A DNA stretch of 64,000 nucleotides. Origin: an uncultured Candidatus Binatia bacterium. Its GTDB lineage: Bacteria; Desulfobacterota; Binatia; Bin18. Shown piece by piece: positions 9,556-19,807 of this stretch. The stretch lies in the NCBI GenBank assembly GCA_965200965.1, contig OZ241744.1, positions 3,456,001 through 3,520,000 on the forward strand, given 5' to 3'. How positions within the stretch are numbered: position 1 is the stretch's first letter; every line of letters starts with the position of its first letter. Under the pieces are notes generated by a model, which did not search any database, was not told where the DNA came from, and saw nothing but the letters and a program-made list of their open reading frames with translations. The position numbers and the translations under genes are program-made.

Positions 9556-11247
9556 ATGGCAACACCTGGGAAAATGAGCGTTGAGAAGGGAAGGAAGTTT
9601 GAGGACTGGTGCGAGGACCATATCCGCGACGAAGTGTTTCCTAACGAGGACTATTTCAGAATCAAGCGCCAACATCATCCCGGCGGGAATTTGGAGAGGG
9701 TGGACTTTCACGTCCAGCTCAAGAAAAAACCTGGAAACCAAGGTTTGGTCATTGAGTGTAAGAATTATGGGAAATCTTCACTGGAATTGAGAAAGGCGAT
9801 TCGTCAAGTAAAGGAATATAAGAAGGCTACTGGGGCAAAGTGGGCGATGATATGGATAAGCAACGAGAGTGTGCCTTCCCCCGAATTTTTGAAGGATGCC
9901 AGCGATGCCGGAATTGAAGTTCATCAAATCGATATGTCTTTTATCCAGAAAGTGCCGATATTGAGGAACTTCAGAAAGAAACACAGGATCCTGAATCGGA
10001 ATAAGGAGGATGCCACATACATCGATCGCATGCACCGCGAATTAGCGGAGTATCTTGCAGAGGAGAACCAATCTAGCATAGCGGAAGCTCTGAATGAGAT
10101 GGAAATGGAAGTCGAGAGGGACTATAGAGCCTTTCTTGAACTCGTCGATATACCGGACGAGATGGGTGTTACGGAGGACTCTGGAGACTTCCTTTCTTCC
10201 CCGCATATGCAACCTGAAAGAGCCACAATGCAGAAGATTGATCTCATCAAGCCCGAGGAAATCATCGTTGATAAAGAAACCCTGACCGCAACCTATGGTC
10301 GCTTTACCGGGGAGCCTTTTGAGCGCGGGTTTGGCCTAACCCTGGGGAATGCCTTGCGTCGGGTCTTACTCTCCTCGCTGACCGGCGCGGCCATTACCAA
10401 GGTGCGCATCAACGGGGTCCTGCACGAGTTCTCAACCGTGTCCGGCATGACGGAAGATGTCACCGACCTCTTACTAAACCTCAAAGAAATCCGCTTCCGC
10501 CTTGAGGACACCGACCAGGAGACGATCCGGCTTGACGTGCAAGGCCAAGGGGAGGTCACCGCGGCCGACCTGAAAACCGATGCCCAGGTCGAGATCCTGA
10601 ATCCTGACAAGCACTTGGCCAGCCTCGGTAAAGACGCCAGCCTCGAGTTTGAAGCCGTCGTCCAAACCGGCCGGGGATATGTGACTACCGAGCAGCACAA
10701 ATCTGAGGACGACCCCCTTGGCACAATTCCGCTGGACGCGGCATTTTCTCCGGTGCGCAGGGTCAATATCACAGTCACCAACGCGCGCGTAGGCCAACGG
10801 ACCGATTATGAGCGGCTGGCCCTTGAAGTGTGGACCGACGGCAGCCTGAGACCAGAAAAAGCGGTTGCGGAGGCGGCCCGGATTATTCAAGACCAGTTCA
10901 GCGTTTTTGTCGGCCCAAGTGAGGAACAGGAATGGCGGGCCGAGACCAGGGAAGAGCCGGCTGGGGTCGTGAATGAAAATCTGCTGCGGCCGATTGAAGA
11001 ATTGAACCTGTCGGTGCGGTCTGCCAACTGTCTCCAGAGCGCCGACCTGCGCTATGTCGGCGAACTCGTCCAGCGCACCGAGCCAGAGTTGCTCAAGACC
11101 AAGAACTTTGGTCGAAAGTCCCTGAACGAAATCAAGGATACCCTCCAGAACATGGGGCTTGAGTTGGGTCTTCAACTCGGCGATTTTCCTTCGCGCGAAG
11201 AGTTGGACCGTAGGCGAGCAGAATACGAGCCAGAACTCAGTTCCTAG
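9556..11247 (+). CDS. rpoA: Mrr-like PD-(D/E)xK nuclease domain (aa 1-~125) plus linker fused in frame to DNA-directed RNA polymerase alpha (native-like start at 10228)
   Basis: One open frame. N-part GRKFED...RVD...VIECK...QVKEY; C-part [58 protein letters not shown] before 9556. Confidence 0.9.
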   Translation: MATPGKMSVEKGRKFEDWCEDHIRDEVFPNEDYFRIKRQHHPGGNLERVDFHVQLKKKPGNQGLVIECKNYGKSSLELRKAIRQVKEYKKATGAKWAMIWISNESVPSPEFLKDASDAGIEVHQIDMSFIQKVPILRNFRKKHRILNRNKEDATYIDRMHRELAEYLAEENQSSIAEALNEMEMEVERDYRAFLELVDIPDEMGVTEDSGDFLSSPHMQPERATMQKIDLIKPEEIIVDKETLTATYGRFTGEPFERGFGLTLGNALRRVLLSSLTGAAITKVRINGVLHEFSTVSGMTEDVTDLLLNLKEIRFRLEDTDQETIRLDVQGQGEVTAADLKTDAQVEILNPDKHLASLGKDASLEFEAVVQTGRGYVTTEQHKSEDDPLGTIPLDAAFSPVRRVNITVTNARVGQRTDYERLALEVWTDGSLRPEKAVAEAARIIQDQFSVFVGPSEEQEWRAETREEPAGVVNENLLRPIEELNLSVRSANCLQSADLRYVGELVQRTEPELLKTKNFGRKSLNEIKDTLQNMGLELGLQLGDFPSREELDRRRAEYEPELSS

Positions 11248-11281
11248 ATTTCAGGCACTCTGGGACACGAGATACACAGTC

Positions 11282-11659
11282 ATGCGACACCTCAAAACCG
11301 GACGAAAACTGAACCGCACCGCGGCTCATCGTCGAGCGCTGATCCGCAACCTGCTCAAGGCGCTCATCCAGCGTGAGCAAATCCAGACGACCGACGCCAA
11401 GGCCAAAGAACTCCGCCGTTGGGCTGACCGTATTGTCACCTTGGGCAAGCGGAATACCCTGCACGCCCGCCGTCTGGCCTACGCGCAATTAGGCAGCCGG
11501 GCCTTAGTCTCGCGTGTATTTGACGACATTGCCCCCCGTTTTGAAAATCGTGTCGGCGGATATACCCGCATTATCAAGCTTGGCCCTCGACGTGGCGACG
11601 CGGCTCCGCTATCCTTAATTGAGTTCACCGAACGCGAGGCAGAGCCGGCAACCGACTAA
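11282..11659 (+). CDS. rplQ: 50S ribosomal protein L17
   Basis: [29 protein letters not shown]. Confidence 0.99.
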   Translation: MRHLKTGRKLNRTAAHRRALIRNLLKALIQREQIQTTDAKAKELRRWADRIVTLGKRNTLHARRLAYAQLGSRALVSRVFDDIAPRFENRVGGYTRIIKLGPRRGDAAPLSLIEFTEREAEPATD

Positions 11660-11741
11660 AGGTCAGAGCCGAACGGCGGTGTGAGAGGCGAGCCAGCCGT
11701 GGGGGCGGGCCCGCCCGAGTGTTGGAGGAGGGGAGGAGCAG

Positions 11742-12386
11742 ATGGCACAACGACATTATCGCTTACAGGTGAATGTGCTTGAAGGAAGCATGCTGGTGGT
11801 GAGTTGCCTGTTTGCTTCTTTGCTCATTTTTGTCTTTGGGGTCTATGTCGGGAAAGAGGTTCAAGCCCAGAAAACGTTCAAACAGGCCAAACCGCTTCGT
11901 GTGCCTGTCGGGGGGGTAAAAACCGCTCTCCTTGACCGGTCGCCTGCCTCTCCGCTCGGTCCTCGGCCTGTAGTCTCAACCCGGGAACGAGCGATCCCAC
12001 ACCGCGTTCAGCAGCCCAAACCCATCTCGCTGCCGGCTGCCGCCGTCCTGGCCAAAGCTGGACCCCCTGCTTCCTCCGAGGCCAAGCCCCGGACTAGACC
12101 CACGACCCGAGAACGGCCGGCGGCCGCGCCTCCTCCAAAACCACCCGCCAAACCGAGACCGTGGAGCGTTCAGGTCCAGGCTACGACCCGGGAGAAAACG
12201 GCTCGGCGCACAGCGCAACGCCTGCGTCAGCAGGGCTACAGCCCCTCGCTCAGCAAGGTCATCCGACAGGGCAAGGTGTGGTACCGGGTCCGGGTCGGGC
12301 CTTTTACCGAGAGAGAAGCCAAGGCCGCGATCTCGCGCTTTCGACGCCAGAAAATGTTTGCCCAAGCCTACCCCGTTTCGCACTAA
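11742..12386 (+). CDS. SPOR-domain cell-division protein (FtsN/DedD-like)
   Basis: N-terminal TM, Pro-rich linker, WSVQV...WYRVRVGPF SPOR signature. Confidence 0.85.
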   Translation: MAQRHYRLQVNVLEGSMLVVSCLFASLLIFVFGVYVGKEVQAQKTFKQAKPLRVPVGGVKTALLDRSPASPLGPRPVVSTRERAIPHRVQQPKPISLPAAAVLAKAGPPASSEAKPRTRPTTRERPAAAPPPKPPAKPRPWSVQVQATTREKTARRTAQRLRQQGYSPSLSKVIRQGKVWYRVRVGPFTEREAKAAISRFRRQKMFAQAYPVSH

Positions 12387-12389
12387 GAT

Positions 12390-13409
12390 ATGACGGTACG
12401 AGAGGCCATCGCCCGTGTGGTCAGCGGCCATGACCTGAGCGAACAGGAGATGGCCGCCGTCACCGCCGAACTCATGGACGGTCAGGCCACCCCGGCCCAA
12501 ATCGGTGCCCTCCTGACCGGCCTCCACATGAAGGGCGAGGTCGTCGCCGAGATTGCCGGTGCGGCCCGGGTGATGCGAGACCGTGCCAGCCGGGTTGAGC
12601 CACCCGGACCGGTGATTGATACCTGTGGCACAGGTGGGGACGGCTGCCACACCTTTAATATCTCTACCGCGGCGGCCTTTGTCGTTGCTGCGGCTGGCGG
12701 CAGTGTGGCCAAGCACGGCAACCGTGCCATGTCCGGGCCGGTTGGTGGCGCGGATGTCCTGCAAACGCTCGGGGCGCGTGTCGAACTGAGGCCCGACCAG
12801 GTTGCCCATTGTTTGCGGACGGTCGGCTTTGGCTTCTTCCTGGCACCGGCCTTTCACCGGGCGATGCGCTACGCCGCTGGGCCGCGTCGAGAAATCGGAG
12901 TTCGGACGATCTTCAACCTGCTCGGCCCGCTGACCAATCCGGCCAGGGCTGAACACCAGCTCATCGGCGTTTTTGCCCGTCGCTGGGCGGTACCGTTGGC
13001 CGAAGCCTTAGGCCGTCTGGGGAGCAGCCATGCGCTGGTCGTACATGGCGCGGACGGCCTTGATGAACTCTCGCTGTCCAGTCCTAGCCATGTTGCCGAG
13101 TGGGTTGAGGGGCGGGTGAAGACCTACACGATTCAGCCCCAGGAGTTTGGCTTCTCCCCCTGCCGGTTGTCCGACCTCCAGGTGCGTAGCGCCCAGGAAT
13201 CGGCCGCGGTCATCCGCCACATCTTTGCCGGCCAACCCGGGCCGGCGCGGGATATTGTGTGTCTCAACGCCGGAGCCGCGCTGTACGCCGGCGATCTCGT
13301 CCCGTCTGTGAGCGCAGGCGTCAGCCGGGCCCAAGCCACCATCGACAGCGGGGCCGTGGCGCGGACCCTTGACGGCTATATTTCTCTGAGCCTCACGGAA
13401 GCGATATGA
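12390..13409 (+). CDS. trpD: Anthranilate phosphoribosyltransferase
   Basis: DTCGTGGDG, FNIST, VAKHGNR, RTIFNLLGPLTNP. Confidence 0.98.
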   Translation: MTVREAIARVVSGHDLSEQEMAAVTAELMDGQATPAQIGALLTGLHMKGEVVAEIAGAARVMRDRASRVEPPGPVIDTCGTGGDGCHTFNISTAAAFVVAAAGGSVAKHGNRAMSGPVGGADVLQTLGARVELRPDQVAHCLRTVGFGFFLAPAFHRAMRYAAGPRREIGVRTIFNLLGPLTNPARAEHQLIGVFARRWAVPLAEALGRLGSSHALVVHGADGLDELSLSSPSHVAEWVEGRVKTYTIQPQEFGFSPCRLSDLQVRSAQESAAVIRHIFAGQPGPARDIVCLNAGAALYAGDLVPSVSAGVSRAQATIDSGAVARTLDGYISLSLTEAI

Positions 13410-14185
13410 TTCTTGATGACATTGTTGCCCACAAACGGGCTGAACTGGCCGTCCGCAAACAGACGCTTTCCCTCGCCCAACTGCAAGACTCGGCCCACTT
13501 CCGGGCAGTACCGACCGCGTTTTTGCCGGCGCTTCAGCGCCACCCCGGCCGGGCAATTATCGCTGAGGTGAAAAAAGCTTCGCCGTCAAAAGGCGTTATC
13601 CGGACTGATTTTGATCCCTTGCGGCTGGCGCGGACCTACGCCGCGGCCGGTGCCGCGGCCATCTCGGTGCTGACCGATCAGAAGTTTTTTCAGGGCCATC
13701 TGGACTATTTGGCCCTGATTCGCCGCCACCTCAATCTGCCGCTGCTGCGCAAGGACTTTGTGTTTGATCCCTACCAGGTGTATGAAGCCCGGTCGTATGG
13801 GGCGAGCGCCATCCTCCTGATCGTCGCCATTTTGTCAGACACCCAACTCCAGGAGTTAGCGGCCCTGGCCGACGCTCTGGGGCTAGATTGTCTTGTTGAG
13901 GTACACGACGAGGCAGAACTCGAACGCGCCCTGGCCGGCAAGGTCTCCCTGCTCGGCATCAATAATCGAGACCTGCGGACGTTCCAGACCAGCATTGAGA
14001 CGAGCGAGCGCCTGCTGCAGTCCATTCCAGCCGGGGTGACTGTTGTATCAGAGAGCGGCCTGTCGCAGGCCGGGCAACTGGCCCGGCTCGAAGCGCAGGG
14101 CGTCAGAGCGTTTTTGATCGGTGAGACCTTTACGGCCGCCCCAGACCCAGGCGAACCCCTCCGGGCGATGCTGGCCGCTCCATGA
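13406..14185 (+). CDS. trpC: Indole-3-glycerol phosphate synthase
   Basis: IAEVKKASPSKG, LRKDF, GINNRDL, VSESG. Confidence 0.98.
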   Translation: MILDDIVAHKRAELAVRKQTLSLAQLQDSAHFRAVPTAFLPALQRHPGRAIIAEVKKASPSKGVIRTDFDPLRLARTYAAAGAAAISVLTDQKFFQGHLDYLALIRRHLNLPLLRKDFVFDPYQVYEARSYGASAILLIVAILSDTQLQELAALADALGLDCLVEVHDEAELERALAGKVSLLGINNRDLRTFQTSIETSERLLQSIPAGVTVVSESGLSQAGQLARLEAQGVRAFLIGETFTAAPDPGEPLRAMLAAP

Positions 14186-14203
14186 GCCGCCCCTCAGTAC
14201 CAG

Positions 14204-14824
14204 ATGAGTATCCGGGTCAAGATCTGTGGCATCACCACAGTTGAAGACGCCCGTCTGGCGGTTGAGGCTGGTGCCGATCTGATTGGCCTCAACTTCTACC
14301 CGCCCAGCCCGCGGAGTGTGTCCGAGCAAACCGCCCGTGTCATCTGTGCGCTCCTCCCGCCTCCGGTCTGGCGGGTCGGGGTTTTTGTGAATGCTCAGCG
14401 AGAGTGCGTGGCAACACTGGCTGAGCAGCTCGGTCTGCACGCCCTCCAGTTCCACGGCGATGGAACCCCAGCAGAGTGCAGCGGCTGGCGGCAGAAAACG
14501 ATCAAAGCCGTGCGTATCGGCTCTCAGCCGCTCTCCCCGGACTGGCAGGCCCATCCGGCCGACTATCTGCTGCTTGACACCTACCATCCGGGCCGATACG
14601 GAGGGACCGGGGTCAGCTTTGCCTGGTCACGGTTGGCCGCGCTGACCGAAGACCAGCGCAAGCGCCTTATTCTGGCCGGCGGCCTCACGCCTGAGAATGT
14701 CGCCGCCGCAATCCGTGCCGTGCGGCCCTGGGCGGTTGATGTTGCCAGCGGTGTAGAGAACGCCCCGGGCCACAAAGACCCCGACAAACTCCGCGCCTTT
14801 ATTCAGTATGCCAAGACAGCCTGA
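14204..14824 (+). CDS. trpF: Phosphoribosylanthranilate isomerase
   Basis: [29 protein letters not shown]. Confidence 0.97.
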   Translation: MSIRVKICGITTVEDARLAVEAGADLIGLNFYPPSPRSVSEQTARVICALLPPPVWRVGVFVNAQRECVATLAEQLGLHALQFHGDGTPAECSGWRQKTIKAVRIGSQPLSPDWQAHPADYLLLDTYHPGRYGGTGVSFAWSRLAALTEDQRKRLILAGGLTPENVAAAIRAVRPWAVDVASGVENAPGHKDPDKLRAFIQYAKTA

Positions 14825-16016
14825 CAGCCGTGGTCATTTTGGTCCGTATGGGGGCCGGTATGTTGCCGAAACCCTGATGCCGGCGCTGATTGAGCTCGAG
14901 GACTTGTACCGTCGGTCTCGGCGCGACCCAAGGTTTCAGGCCGAGTTGCGCGCCCTGCGTCAAGAATATGTCGGCCGTCCAACCCCCCTGACCTTTGCCG
15001 AGCGTCTGACCCAGCGTCTGGGCGGGGCCAAGGTCTATCTCAAGCGAGAAGACCTGTGTCACACCGGGGCGCACAAAATCAACAACACCATCGGCCAAGC
15101 CCTGTTGGCCAAACGGATGGGCAAGCGGCGGCTGATTGCCGAGACCGGGGCCGGCCAGCACGGCGTGGCGACCGCCACGGTTGCCGCCCTGTTTGGCTTT
15201 GAGTGTGAGGTCTTCATGGGCAGCGATGATATTGTGCGCCAGGCACCAAATGTCTTTCGGATGCGCCTGCTCGGTGCCAGGCTGCGTGAGGTGGCCGCGG
15301 GGACACGCACCCTCAAAGACGCCATGAACGAGGCCCTGCGAGACTGGATCACCCGGGTCAGCTCCACGTTTTATGTGATTGGAACCGTGGCCGGGCCGCA
15401 CCCCTATCCCATGCTGGTCCGCGACTTTCAGTCGGTGATTGGCCGCGAGACCAAGCGACAGATACGCACCCAGACCGGCCGTTTGCCCGGCTATCTGATT
15501 GCCTGTGTCGGCGGCGGCAGCAACGCGATGGGTTTATTCTCCCCCTTTGTGTCGGCACCTCAGGTGCGCATGATCGGGGTCGAGGCCGGTGGCCTGGGGT
15601 CTGGACAGAACGCCGCCTCGATCAACGGTGCCCATGTCGGTGTCCTGCACGGCAGCAAGAGTTATGTGCTCCAAGACGAAATGGGCCAGATTCAGGACAC
15701 CTATTCCCTGGCCCCCGGCCTGGACTATCCCGGGGTGGGACCAGAGTTGAGCTATCTGAACGATCAGAGGCGCGTCCGGTATGTCACGGTCACGGACGAC
15801 GAAGCCGTTGCCGCCATTCAGCTGCTCGCCGAAACAGAGGGTATCATCCCTGCCCTGGAGAGCGCCCACGCCATTGCCTACGCGGCCTCTCTGGCCCCGC
15901 GCCTGCGGCCCGAGGAGACCGTGGTGATTAACGTGTCGGGGCGGGGTGACAAAGACCTGGAGAGCGTCGCCCGCTATGTGGAACAGTCACGCCACACTGG
16001 AGAGGGGAGGGAATGA
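14808..16016 (+). CDS. trpB: Tryptophan synthase beta chain
   Basis: [34 protein letters not shown]. Confidence 0.99.
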   Translation: MPRQPDSRGHFGPYGGRYVAETLMPALIELEDLYRRSRRDPRFQAELRALRQEYVGRPTPLTFAERLTQRLGGAKVYLKREDLCHTGAHKINNTIGQALLAKRMGKRRLIAETGAGQHGVATATVAALFGFECEVFMGSDDIVRQAPNVFRMRLLGARLREVAAGTRTLKDAMNEALRDWITRVSSTFYVIGTVAGPHPYPMLVRDFQSVIGRETKRQIRTQTGRLPGYLIACVGGGSNAMGLFSPFVSAPQVRMIGVEAGGLGSGQNAASINGAHVGVLHGSKSYVLQDEMGQIQDTYSLAPGLDYPGVGPELSYLNDQRRVRYVTVTDDEAVAAIQLLAETEGIIPALESAHAIAYAASLAPRLRPEETVVINVSGRGDKDLESVARYVEQSRHTGEGRE

Positions 16017-16840
16017 CGCGGATCACCGACACCTTTGCCGCCCTGCGCGCGCACCGGCAAGCCGCGCTCATTCCCTATATTACGGCCGGCGATCCTGACC
16101 TGGAGACTACTTTTGCGCTCGTCCATGAACTGGCCCGGCAGGGGGCCGATATGATTGAACTCGGCGTACCCTTTTCTGATCCAATGGCCGACGGGCCAAC
16201 CCACCAACGGGCGGCTGAACGCGCCCTCCAGAGCGGCACTTCGCTGGCCGGTATTCTTGAGTTAGTCCAGCGCCTCCGCCGGTCGCTTGACCTGCCGATC
16301 ATTCTGTTCAGCTACTATAATCCGATCTTTCGCTATGGCGGCCACCGCTTTGCCGGCGACGCGCAGGCCGCGGGGGTGGACGGCGTGTTATGCGTAGACC
16401 TGCCTCCCGAGGAGGCCCCTGAACTCAAGCGCGAGACCGACGGGTGCGATATTGACCTCATCTTCCTGCTCGCGCCGACCAGCTCCCTAGACCGGGCCAG
16501 CACCGTCCTCAGCCACGCCCGCGGCTTTGTCTATTATGTTGCCGTGACCGGCGTGACCGGTGCCCGCGCCTCGCTGCCGGCCGATTTATCAGGCATGGTG
16601 CGGCGGCTCCGGGCCGTTTCGCCGGTTCCGGTTGGCGTAGGATTTGGCATCTCGTCGCCCCAGCACGCGGCCGAAGTGGCCCAGATTGCCGACGCCGTTA
16701 TTGTCGGCAGCGCCATATCGCAGGTTATTGAGACCCATCAGGGACAGGCTGCTCTCCTCCCCCAGGTCGGGCAATTTGTCGCCAGCCTCAAACACGCCCT
16801 GTGCCAGTCGGCCAGCCCGGACGCGACTGGCACGAGATAG
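16013..16840 (+). CDS. trpA: Tryptophan synthase alpha chain
   Basis: [31 protein letters not shown]. Confidence 0.98.
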   Translation: MTRITDTFAALRAHRQAALIPYITAGDPDLETTFALVHELARQGADMIELGVPFSDPMADGPTHQRAAERALQSGTSLAGILELVQRLRRSLDLPIILFSYYNPIFRYGGHRFAGDAQAAGVDGVLCVDLPPEEAPELKRETDGCDIDLIFLLAPTSSLDRASTVLSHARGFVYYVAVTGVTGARASLPADLSGMVRRLRAVSPVPVGVGFGISSPQHAAEVAQIADAVIVGSAISQVIETHQGQAALLPQVGQFVASLKHALCQSASPDATGTR

Positions 16841-16880
16841 GAGGCCAGGGAGGAGCGGTGGAGAATGGCAGGAGACAAAG

Positions 16881-17702
16881 ATGGAACTGAAAGTCATGCT
16901 GTATCAGGTCACAGACGGCATTGCGACCCTGACCCTCAACCGTCCGCGGCGGCGGAATGCGTGGACCGGACGGATGCACGCCGAATACCGCTGTGCGTTG
17001 GAGCGGGCCGATCGCGACCCCGCGGTGGGGGCGATTGTTGTCACCGGGGCTGGTGACACCTTCTGCGTTGGCGCAGACTCCCGGGCCTTGGAGGGGCATG
17101 TGGACAAGGGTGGCTATGATCCGGGCACGCCGCAGGACATGGCCCGGCCCGGCTATGGTGTGCGGCCGGAGTTTGACGCGGATTTTGCCTGTCAGTTTGG
17201 CATGACGAAGCCGGTGATTGCGGCTATAAACGGGGCCGCGGCCGGGGTCGGCTTGGTCATCGCCTGTTATGCCGACCTGCGTTTTGCCGTGACCGGTGCC
17301 AAGTTGACAACGGCCCACGGCAAGCTGAACCTGCCGGCCGAGTTTGGCCTGTCGTGGCTGTTACCGCGTTTGATCGGACTGACCAGGGCCAACGATGTGC
17401 TGCTGTCGAGCCGCGTGTTTTTGACCGATGAGGCCTATGAGATGGGGCTGGTGAATGCAGTCCTGGCAGCCGACGAGTTGCTGCCGCATACCTATGCCTA
17501 TGCACAGCATCTGCTCGCCAGCGTTTCCCCCGGATCGCTGCGGGCGACAAAGCGCCAGATTTATGCCGATCTGCACCGGGATGCCAAATCAGCCGTTGAG
17601 AGTGCCAACAGCCTGATTCGAGAAATGGCCAAACAGGACGATTATGCCGAAGGCGTAGCCGCTTTTGTGGAAAAGCGCCTGCCACGCTGGTCTGGTTCGT
17701 AA
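16881..17702 (+). CDS. Enoyl-CoA hydratase/isomerase family protein
   Basis: TLNRP..RNA, FCVGAD, KPVIAAINGAAAGVG, AFVEKR; start moved to ATG 16881. Confidence 0.9.
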   Translation: MELKVMLYQVTDGIATLTLNRPRRRNAWTGRMHAEYRCALERADRDPAVGAIVVTGAGDTFCVGADSRALEGHVDKGGYDPGTPQDMARPGYGVRPEFDADFACQFGMTKPVIAAINGAAAGVGLVIACYADLRFAVTGAKLTTAHGKLNLPAEFGLSWLLPRLIGLTRANDVLLSSRVFLTDEAYEMGLVNAVLAADELLPHTYAYAQHLLASVSPGSLRATKRQIYADLHRDAKSAVESANSLIREMAKQDDYAEGVAAFVEKRLPRWSGS

Positions 17703-17768
17703 GACGAGCCCGCGCGGGGCCAGTCAGGGCCGCTCCTTGGGGCCAGGACTCTTCTATACCAAGCCGGC

Positions 17769-18335
17769 CTAGTCCTGGTGGCCGGTCTCCCTGCCCGGCC
17801 TTGGGGACTGGGGGAGCGGTGAGCCTGCCACACCGGCAGTGGAGGGCTTGACCCGCTCGCTCATCTCCATTGAGACCCACATCACCCCGGCACTCAGGGC
17901 GATGCTCAGGACGGTGAAGAGTTGGATGCGTTTGAGCAGCCCGGGTAGCTTTTGCGGATCAAAGACCTCACCCCGCAGTTCAATGCGCACCAGGCGATGG
18001 CCCATGCCAAGCGTGGCCGAGGTACTGACAAGAATCAGCACGAAGACCAACAGCAACTTCAGGCCCAACACGCCGCCCAACAGGGCAAAAAACTGCGGGC
18101 CGAGTTGTTGCTTATACGAGGTCAGGTTGAACGCGCCGGTCATAATAAGAACGCCCAGCGCGCCAATGCTGAGCGGATTGTAGGATTTGAGCCCCTGGGC
18201 CAGAAACTGCTGCTTTTCCGCCGGCGAGGAAATCCGGGCGGCCATCGGCAGCAGGACGACAAGCACGGTAACGGCGCTGCCCACAAAAACAGTAATCGCC
18301 AGCAGGTGGAGCCACAGGGTGAGTTGGTCGGTCAT
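17769..18335 (-). CDS. Four-TM membrane protein (CopD/DUF4149-like)
   Basis: LWLHLLAITVFVGS...LIMTGAFNL...LGLKLLLV...H pattern; start moved to 18335. Confidence 0.6.
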   Translation of the reverse strand: MTDQLTLWLHLLAITVFVGSAVTVLVVLLPMAARISSPAEKQQFLAQGLKSYNPLSIGALGVLIMTGAFNLTSYKQQLGPQFFALLGGVLGLKLLLVFVLILVSTSATLGMGHRLVRIELRGEVFDPQKLPGLLKRIQLFTVLSIALSAGVMWVSMEMSERVKPSTAGVAGSPLPQSPRPGRETGHQD

Positions 18336-18391
18336 CTGGCCGGCTGTTAAACCAGAGGCCGCGGAACATGTAAATGCCCGAGCTTCCTCCG

Positions 18392-18420
18392 TTGACACCG
18401 AAAACCGGGGCCGATATCCT
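18392..18420 (+). promoter_or_regulatory. Sigma70-type promoter for nuoF-nuoG
   Basis: TTGACA-17 bp-TATCCT. Confidence 0.7.
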
Positions 18421-18510
18421 CCCCGTGACGCCTGAGATGCGAATCCGGGGCCGTTTTGAGCGGCTGCCGTTCGCCGATTGGGCACAAGCCGATACAACGA
18501 GGCAAAAAAC

Positions 18511-19800
18511 ATGGCTGACCGAATACTCCTGCGCCACCTTGATGTTCCAGACATTCGCAAACTTGAGGTCTATGTTGAACACGGCGGGTATGAAGCGGCC
18601 CAAAAAGCCCTCGCCAACCTCAGCCCGCAGGATGTCACCGCCCAGGTCAAAGACGCCAATCTGCGCGGCCGGGGTGGGGCCGGATTTGTGGCCGGGATGA
18701 AATGGGGCTTTTTGCCAAAAGACTCGGATAAACCGGTGTACCTGTGCGCCAATGCGGATGAGAGCGAACCGGGGACCTTCAAAGACCGGGCGCTGATTGA
18801 ATGGAATACGCACACCTTGCTTGAAGGCATTGTGATTTCCGCCTACGCCATCAATGCCCATACGGCCTATATCTATATTCGGGGAGAGTTTGCCCTTGGT
18901 GCCAAACGACTCCATGAGGCAATTGAGGCGGCCTATGCCGGTGGCTTTTTGGGAAAGAACATCTTTGGCAGCGGCTTTGACCTTGATGTGTATGTCCACC
19001 GTGGGGCGGGAGCCTATATCTGCGGCGAAGAAACCGGATTGATTCAATCCCTTGAGGGCAAGCGTGCTTATCCGCGCATCAAACCGCCCTTTCCTGCGGT
19101 GTACGGTCTGTTCGGCTGTCCGACGATTGTCCAGAACGTCGAAACCCTGGCCTGTGTGCCGTCCATCATCCACAAGGGCCCGGTTTGGTTCAAGGCCATT
19201 GGTCCAGAGACCGGCCCGGGTCCCAAGATATACTGTGTGAGCGGCCACGTTGAAAAGCCGGGCCTGTACGAGTTGCCGATGGGCATGTCGCTGCGCGAGC
19301 TGATCTACGACTATGCCGGCGGCATTCAGGGCGGAAAACACCTGAAAGCCGTCATGCCCGGCGGCTCGTCGTTTCCCATCCTCACCCCGGATGAAATCGA
19401 CGTGAACATGGACTTTGATTCCATGCGGGCGATCGGTGCCTTTCTGGGCACGGCCGGGATCATTGTCATGGACGAAGACACCTGCATGGTCCAGGCGCTC
19501 GAAATCATTGACCGCTTCTACCATCACGAATCGTGCGGGCAGTGTTCGCCGTGTCGAGAGGGTACCGGCTGGCTGCACAAGCTGCTCGTCCGCCTTGAAG
19601 AGGGCAACGGCCAACCCGAGGATATTGACCTGCTCGATCAGATTTGCACCAACATGACCGGTAATACCGTGTGTGTGCTGGCCGATGCCGCGGCCATGCC
19701 GACCCGGAGCTACCTGAGCAAGTTCCGTGACGAATTTGTCGCCCATATCACCCAGGGCGGGTGTCCGCTGCGGAACGACAGGCAGCCTCGGGCTGCGTGA
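18511..19800 (+). CDS. nuoF: NADH-quinone oxidoreductase subunit F
   Basis: LRGRGGAGF, NADESEPGTFKDR, GAGAYICGEETGL, ESCGQCSPCREG. Confidence 0.96.
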   Translation: MADRILLRHLDVPDIRKLEVYVEHGGYEAAQKALANLSPQDVTAQVKDANLRGRGGAGFVAGMKWGFLPKDSDKPVYLCANADESEPGTFKDRALIEWNTHTLLEGIVISAYAINAHTAYIYIRGEFALGAKRLHEAIEAAYAGGFLGKNIFGSGFDLDVYVHRGAGAYICGEETGLIQSLEGKRAYPRIKPPFPAVYGLFGCPTIVQNVETLACVPSIIHKGPVWFKAIGPETGPGPKIYCVSGHVEKPGLYELPMGMSLRELIYDYAGGIQGGKHLKAVMPGGSSFPILTPDEIDVNMDFDSMRAIGAFLGTAGIIVMDEDTCMVQALEIIDRFYHHESCGQCSPCREGTGWLHKLLVRLEEGNGQPEDIDLLDQICTNMTGNTVCVLADAAAMPTRSYLSKFRDEFVAHITQGGCPLRNDRQPRAA

Positions 19801-19807
19801 GGTGTGT

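Noticed and set aside
9556-10227. Intein or homing endonuclease in rpoA
   Set aside because: The extension is N-terminal rather than internal, with no C/S...HN splice motifs and no LAGLIDADG or HNH signature
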